In this document: piece by piece, positions 61,299 to 64,000 of the stretch | Layout: each line of letters starts with the position of its first letter | Position numbering within the stretch: the stretch's first letter is position 1 | Origin: Desulfuromonadales bacterium | GTDB lineage: Bacteria > Desulfobacterota > Desulfuromonadia > Desulfuromonadales > SZUA-540 | Length of the DNA: 64,000 nt | Direction: 5' to 3' | NCBI GenBank assembly: GCA_033549025.1 | Contig: JAWSUS010000006.1 | Span: 64,001-128,000 of the forward strand | Notes under the pieces: generated by a model | The model's database searches: none | Seen by the model: only the letters and a program-made list of their open reading frames with translations | Told to the model about the DNA's origin: nothing | Position numbers and translations under genes: made by a program

Positions 61299-61979
61299 GT
61301 GAAAAAAGGATTGATTGTAGCCATAGATGGCCCCTCGGGGGCCGGCAAGAGTACCCTTAGTAAACGCCTGGCCGAAGAGTTGGGATATATCAATATCGAT
61401 ACAGGGGCCATGTATCGTGCCTTTGCCCTGTTCGCTCAGGAAAAAGGAATCGACCCCGCCGATGAAGAGGGCCTGGCCCGACTGTGTCCGCAGGTCCTGA
61501 TCGAATTCTCCCGAGAGGGTGCGCAGGAGAAGGTTCTTCTCAACGGGGAGGATGTCTCCGCCGATATTCGGACGCCTGAAATCAGCCTCCTGACTTCCCG
61601 CATCGCGGCCTGCCCCGCTGTGCGACGCACTCTGGTTGATCTGCAGCGCCGTATGGGCGAGAAGGGCGGGGTGGTGCTGGAGGGGCGTGACATCGGCACC
61701 GTGGTTTTTCCTGATGCCGAGATTAAATTCTTCCTCGTCGCTACTTCGGAGGAGCGCGGCAGACGTCGCTATGAGGAGCTCAAAGCCAAAGGGCTTGAGG
61801 TGGATCTCCCCCAGACCATCGCCGAAGTCGAGAAGCGCGATGCCGATGACAGCGCCCGTGCCGAAGCACCTCTTCTGCAGGCCGCTGACGCCATTGCCAT
61901 TGACACGACCCGGATGACCATCGATGAAGTGCTGGATGAAATGCTGCGGGTTGTACGACACCGTCTGGCGACAGTATAG
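61299..61979 (+). CDS. cmk: Cytidylate kinase
   Basis: AIDGPSGAGKST, DTGAMYR and EGRDIGTVVFP; GTG start at 61299 with GGAG RBS. Confidence 0.97.
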   Translation: MKKGLIVAIDGPSGAGKSTLSKRLAEELGYINIDTGAMYRAFALFAQEKGIDPADEEGLARLCPQVLIEFSREGAQEKVLLNGEDVSADIRTPEISLLTSRIAACPAVRRTLVDLQRRMGEKGGVVLEGRDIGTVVFPDAEIKFFLVATSEERGRRRYEELKAKGLEVDLPQTIAEVEKRDADDSARAEAPLLQAADAIAIDTTRMTIDEVLDEMLRVVRHRLATV

Positions 61980-61996
61980 GAGGCTTCAGTCTACGG

Positions 61997-62836
61997 ATGA
62001 AAATCATTCTGGCAAAAAGCGCCGGCTTCTGTTTCGGGGTCAAAAGAGCCACCAGTATGGCCTTTGACTCCGCCGCCTCCCACCATCGCATCTGTTCGTT
62101 GGGCCCTATCATACATTCCCCGCAACTGGTCAAGAAACTGGAAGAGGAGGGGGTCAGCGTGGTAGGGCGTGTGGAAGACATTCACGAGGGGGCCGTCATT
62201 ATCCGTTCCCACGGCATCACGGCCGATGAGATGGCAGGCCTCGCCACCAAGGGATTGGAGGTCGTGGATGCCACCTGTCCTTTTGTCAAAAAAGCCCAGG
62301 ATCACGCCGCCATGCTCAGCGCTGAGGGGTATGTGGTCGTTCTGGTCGGGGAGGAGGAGCATCCCGAAGTACAGGGGATTGTCTCTTATGCCGCTGGCGT
62401 CGATGTTTACGTCGTCCCCGATCAGGCGAAAGCGGAAAGGATACCTCGCAGCAAGAAAATAGGCGTCGTCGCCCAGACGACCCAGCCGTTCGAGAATCTG
62501 CGCCAGGTTGTCGACGTCTGTTTGCGAAAAAGCAAGGAATTGCGCGTTTTCAATACGATCTGCGATGCAACCTCGGTCCGCCAGAGTGAGGCAAGGGATA
62601 TCGCCAGACAGGTTGACCTGATGCTGGTCATCGGCGGTTTCAACAGCGCCAATACCAACCGCCTTGCCCAGCTCTGTACGGAGATCCAGCCACGAACCTA
62701 TCATGTCGAAACGGCAAGTGAAATCGATGGCGGCTGGTTCACCGGCGTTCAAACCGTGGGGATAACCGCCGGCGCCTCAACACCACAGTGGATCATCGAT
62801 GAAGTTGTGGATAAGGTGTCCGGGTTGAAAAAATAA
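61997..62836 (+). CDS. ispH: 4-hydroxy-3-methylbut-2-enyl diphosphate reductase
   Basis: AGFCFGVKRA, DATCPFV, HPEV, NTICDAT and GITAGASTP. Confidence 0.97.
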   Translation: MKIILAKSAGFCFGVKRATSMAFDSAASHHRICSLGPIIHSPQLVKKLEEEGVSVVGRVEDIHEGAVIIRSHGITADEMAGLATKGLEVVDATCPFVKKAQDHAAMLSAEGYVVVLVGEEEHPEVQGIVSYAAGVDVYVVPDQAKAERIPRSKKIGVVAQTTQPFENLRQVVDVCLRKSKELRVFNTICDATSVRQSEARDIARQVDLMLVIGGFNSANTNRLAQLCTEIQPRTYHVETASEIDGGWFTGVQTVGITAGASTPQWIIDEVVDKVSGLKK

Positions 62837-62938
62837 AATAATTTGTTTTTTTAAAGACTTTGTGCTAAGTTCCGACGTCATGGCTTTGGCCATACTGTCT
62901 GAAAAATGACAGGAAATTCGCTAGGGGGTAACACTTTA

Positions 62939-64000
62939 ATGGTGGAAAACAACGAAAACGCAAATGAACTGATGGAAAACGAAGACGAGTTTGGGGGCAT
63001 GGAAGAAAGCTTCGAAGCTCTTTTTGAGAACAGCCTGAAGGAGCTGAAGGCTGGGAACGTGGTCACCGGCACTATCGTTCAGGTCAACCCTGATTCGGTC
63101 GTTGTCGATGTCGGCGGAAAGTCGGAAGGACTCATTCCGATCGCCGAGTTCCTCGATGACAACGGTCAGGTGAAGACTGACCTTAAAGTCGGCGACCAGT
63201 TCGATGTTTTGATCGAGCGTACAGAAAATGAAAACGGTCTGATCAGCCTGTCGAAAGAAAAAGCCGATCGGATGAAGATATGGAACACCCTGGAAGAAGG
63301 GGCCGATGTTGAAGGACGTATCGTTTCTCGCATCAAGGGCGGGCTTTCTGTCGATATCGGCGTGATTGCCTTCCTGCCCGGTTCGCAGGTCGATCTCCGT
63401 CCCGTGCGCAATCTGGACAAGATGATCGGCGAAACCTACAAATTCAAAATCATCAAACTCAACAAGCGCCGTGGCAATATTGTCCTTTCCCGTCGCGTTC
63501 TGTTGGAAGATCAGCGGGAAAACCTCCGCGCCGACACCCTCGAGAAGCTGGAAGAGGGGCAGGTGTTCGAGGGGATCGTCAAGAATCTTACCGATTACGG
63601 TGCCTTTATCGACCTCGGTGGCATTGACGGCCTGCTCCATATCACTGACATGTCCTGGGGTCGGGTCAGCCATCCCTCCGACATTCTGTCTGTCGGCGAT
63701 AAAATCAAAGTCAAGGTCCTCAAGTTTGACCGCGAAAAAGAGCGCGTCTCTCTGGGCCTCAAGCAAATCACGCCTGATCCCTGGCTGGAAGTCGAGTCCA
63801 AATACCCCGTGGGGATGCGTGTCACCGGCAAGGTCGTCAGCCTTACCGATTATGGCGCCTTTGTGGAACTGGATGAAGGTGTTGAAGGTCTGATCCATGT
63901 CTCCGAGATGAGCTGGACCAAGCGCATCAAGCATCCCAACAAGGTCCTCAGCATCGGCGACGAAGTCGAGTCCGTCGTGCTGGCCCTGGATATCCCCAAC
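62939..64000 (+). CDS. rpsA: 30S ribosomal protein S1, N-terminal part (runs off window; absent from ORF track)
   Basis: Hand translation MVENNE...SFEALFENSL..GNVVTGTIV..VDVGGKSEGLIP; S1 repeats (AFLPGSQVD, DYGAFIDLGGIDGLLHITDMSWG); follows cmk-ispH. Confidence 0.96.
   Translation, partial: MVENNENANELMENEDEFGGMEESFEALFENSLKELKAGNVVTGTIVQVNPDSVVVDVGGKSEGLIPIAEFLDDNGQVKTDLKVGDQFDVLIERTENENGLISLSKEKADRMKIWNTLEEGADVEGRIVSRIKGGLSVDIGVIAFLPGSQVDLRPVRNLDKMIGETYKFKIIKLNKRRGNIVLSRRVLLEDQRENLRADTLEKLEEGQVFEGIVKNLTDYGAFIDLGGIDGLLHITDMSWGRVSHPSDILSVGDKIKVKVLKFDREKERVSLGLKQITPDPWLEVESKYPVGMRVTGKVVSLTDYGAFVELDEGVEGLIHVSEMSWTKRIKHPNKVLSIGDEVESVVLALDIPN

Noticed and set aside
59856..61961. 701-aa minus-strand ORF
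   Set aside because: Antisense to aroA/cmk, with no domain signal.
62936..63934. 332-aa minus-strand ORF
   Set aside because: Shadow of rpsA on the plus strand, which the ORF track omitted because it has no stop inside the window.

Overview
A gene-dense, mostly core-chromosome bacterial window. Gene content and order point to a Desulfuromonadales/Geobacter-like deltaproteobacterium (inferred, not searched). In order it carries: the 3' end of ahcY; lptG/lptF; rpsB (with an S2-leader/t44-like RNA)-tsf-pyrH-frr and a 54-aa 2[4Fe-4S] ferredoxin missed by the ORF track; a hybrid kinase; a flavoprotein-YhaM-MBL-coaBC cluster; a Zn-dependent PLC/S1-P1-like protein; UDG-fetAB; an NtrC-type regulator; nfeD-SPFH; pyc; an RND efflux cassette with two tandem TetR genes sharing an operator; an AEC transporter-GT2-truncated PrmA operon; a two-component system-HtrA-PaaI-TlpA-CcdA cluster; a Fur-boxed fur-feoB-small Cys protein-ideR operon; HDOD, YgiQ and heme-c HD-GYP genes; queA-tgt-yajC-secDF-TPR-recJ; an FNT channel and an aminotransferase; and pheA-tyrA-aroA-cmk-ispH-rpsA (partial). 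I found no rRNA, tRNA, CRISPR array, transposase or integrase. The most intriguing candidate is the GT2 at 31377-32387. By my recalled comparison it resembles the eukaryotic queuosine-tRNA galactosyltransferase QTGAL/B3GNTL1 along its full length, and it sits beside an N-terminally truncated PrmA-like methyltransferase in a genome that has queA and tgt. All family calls come from motif recognition by eye; no searches were run.
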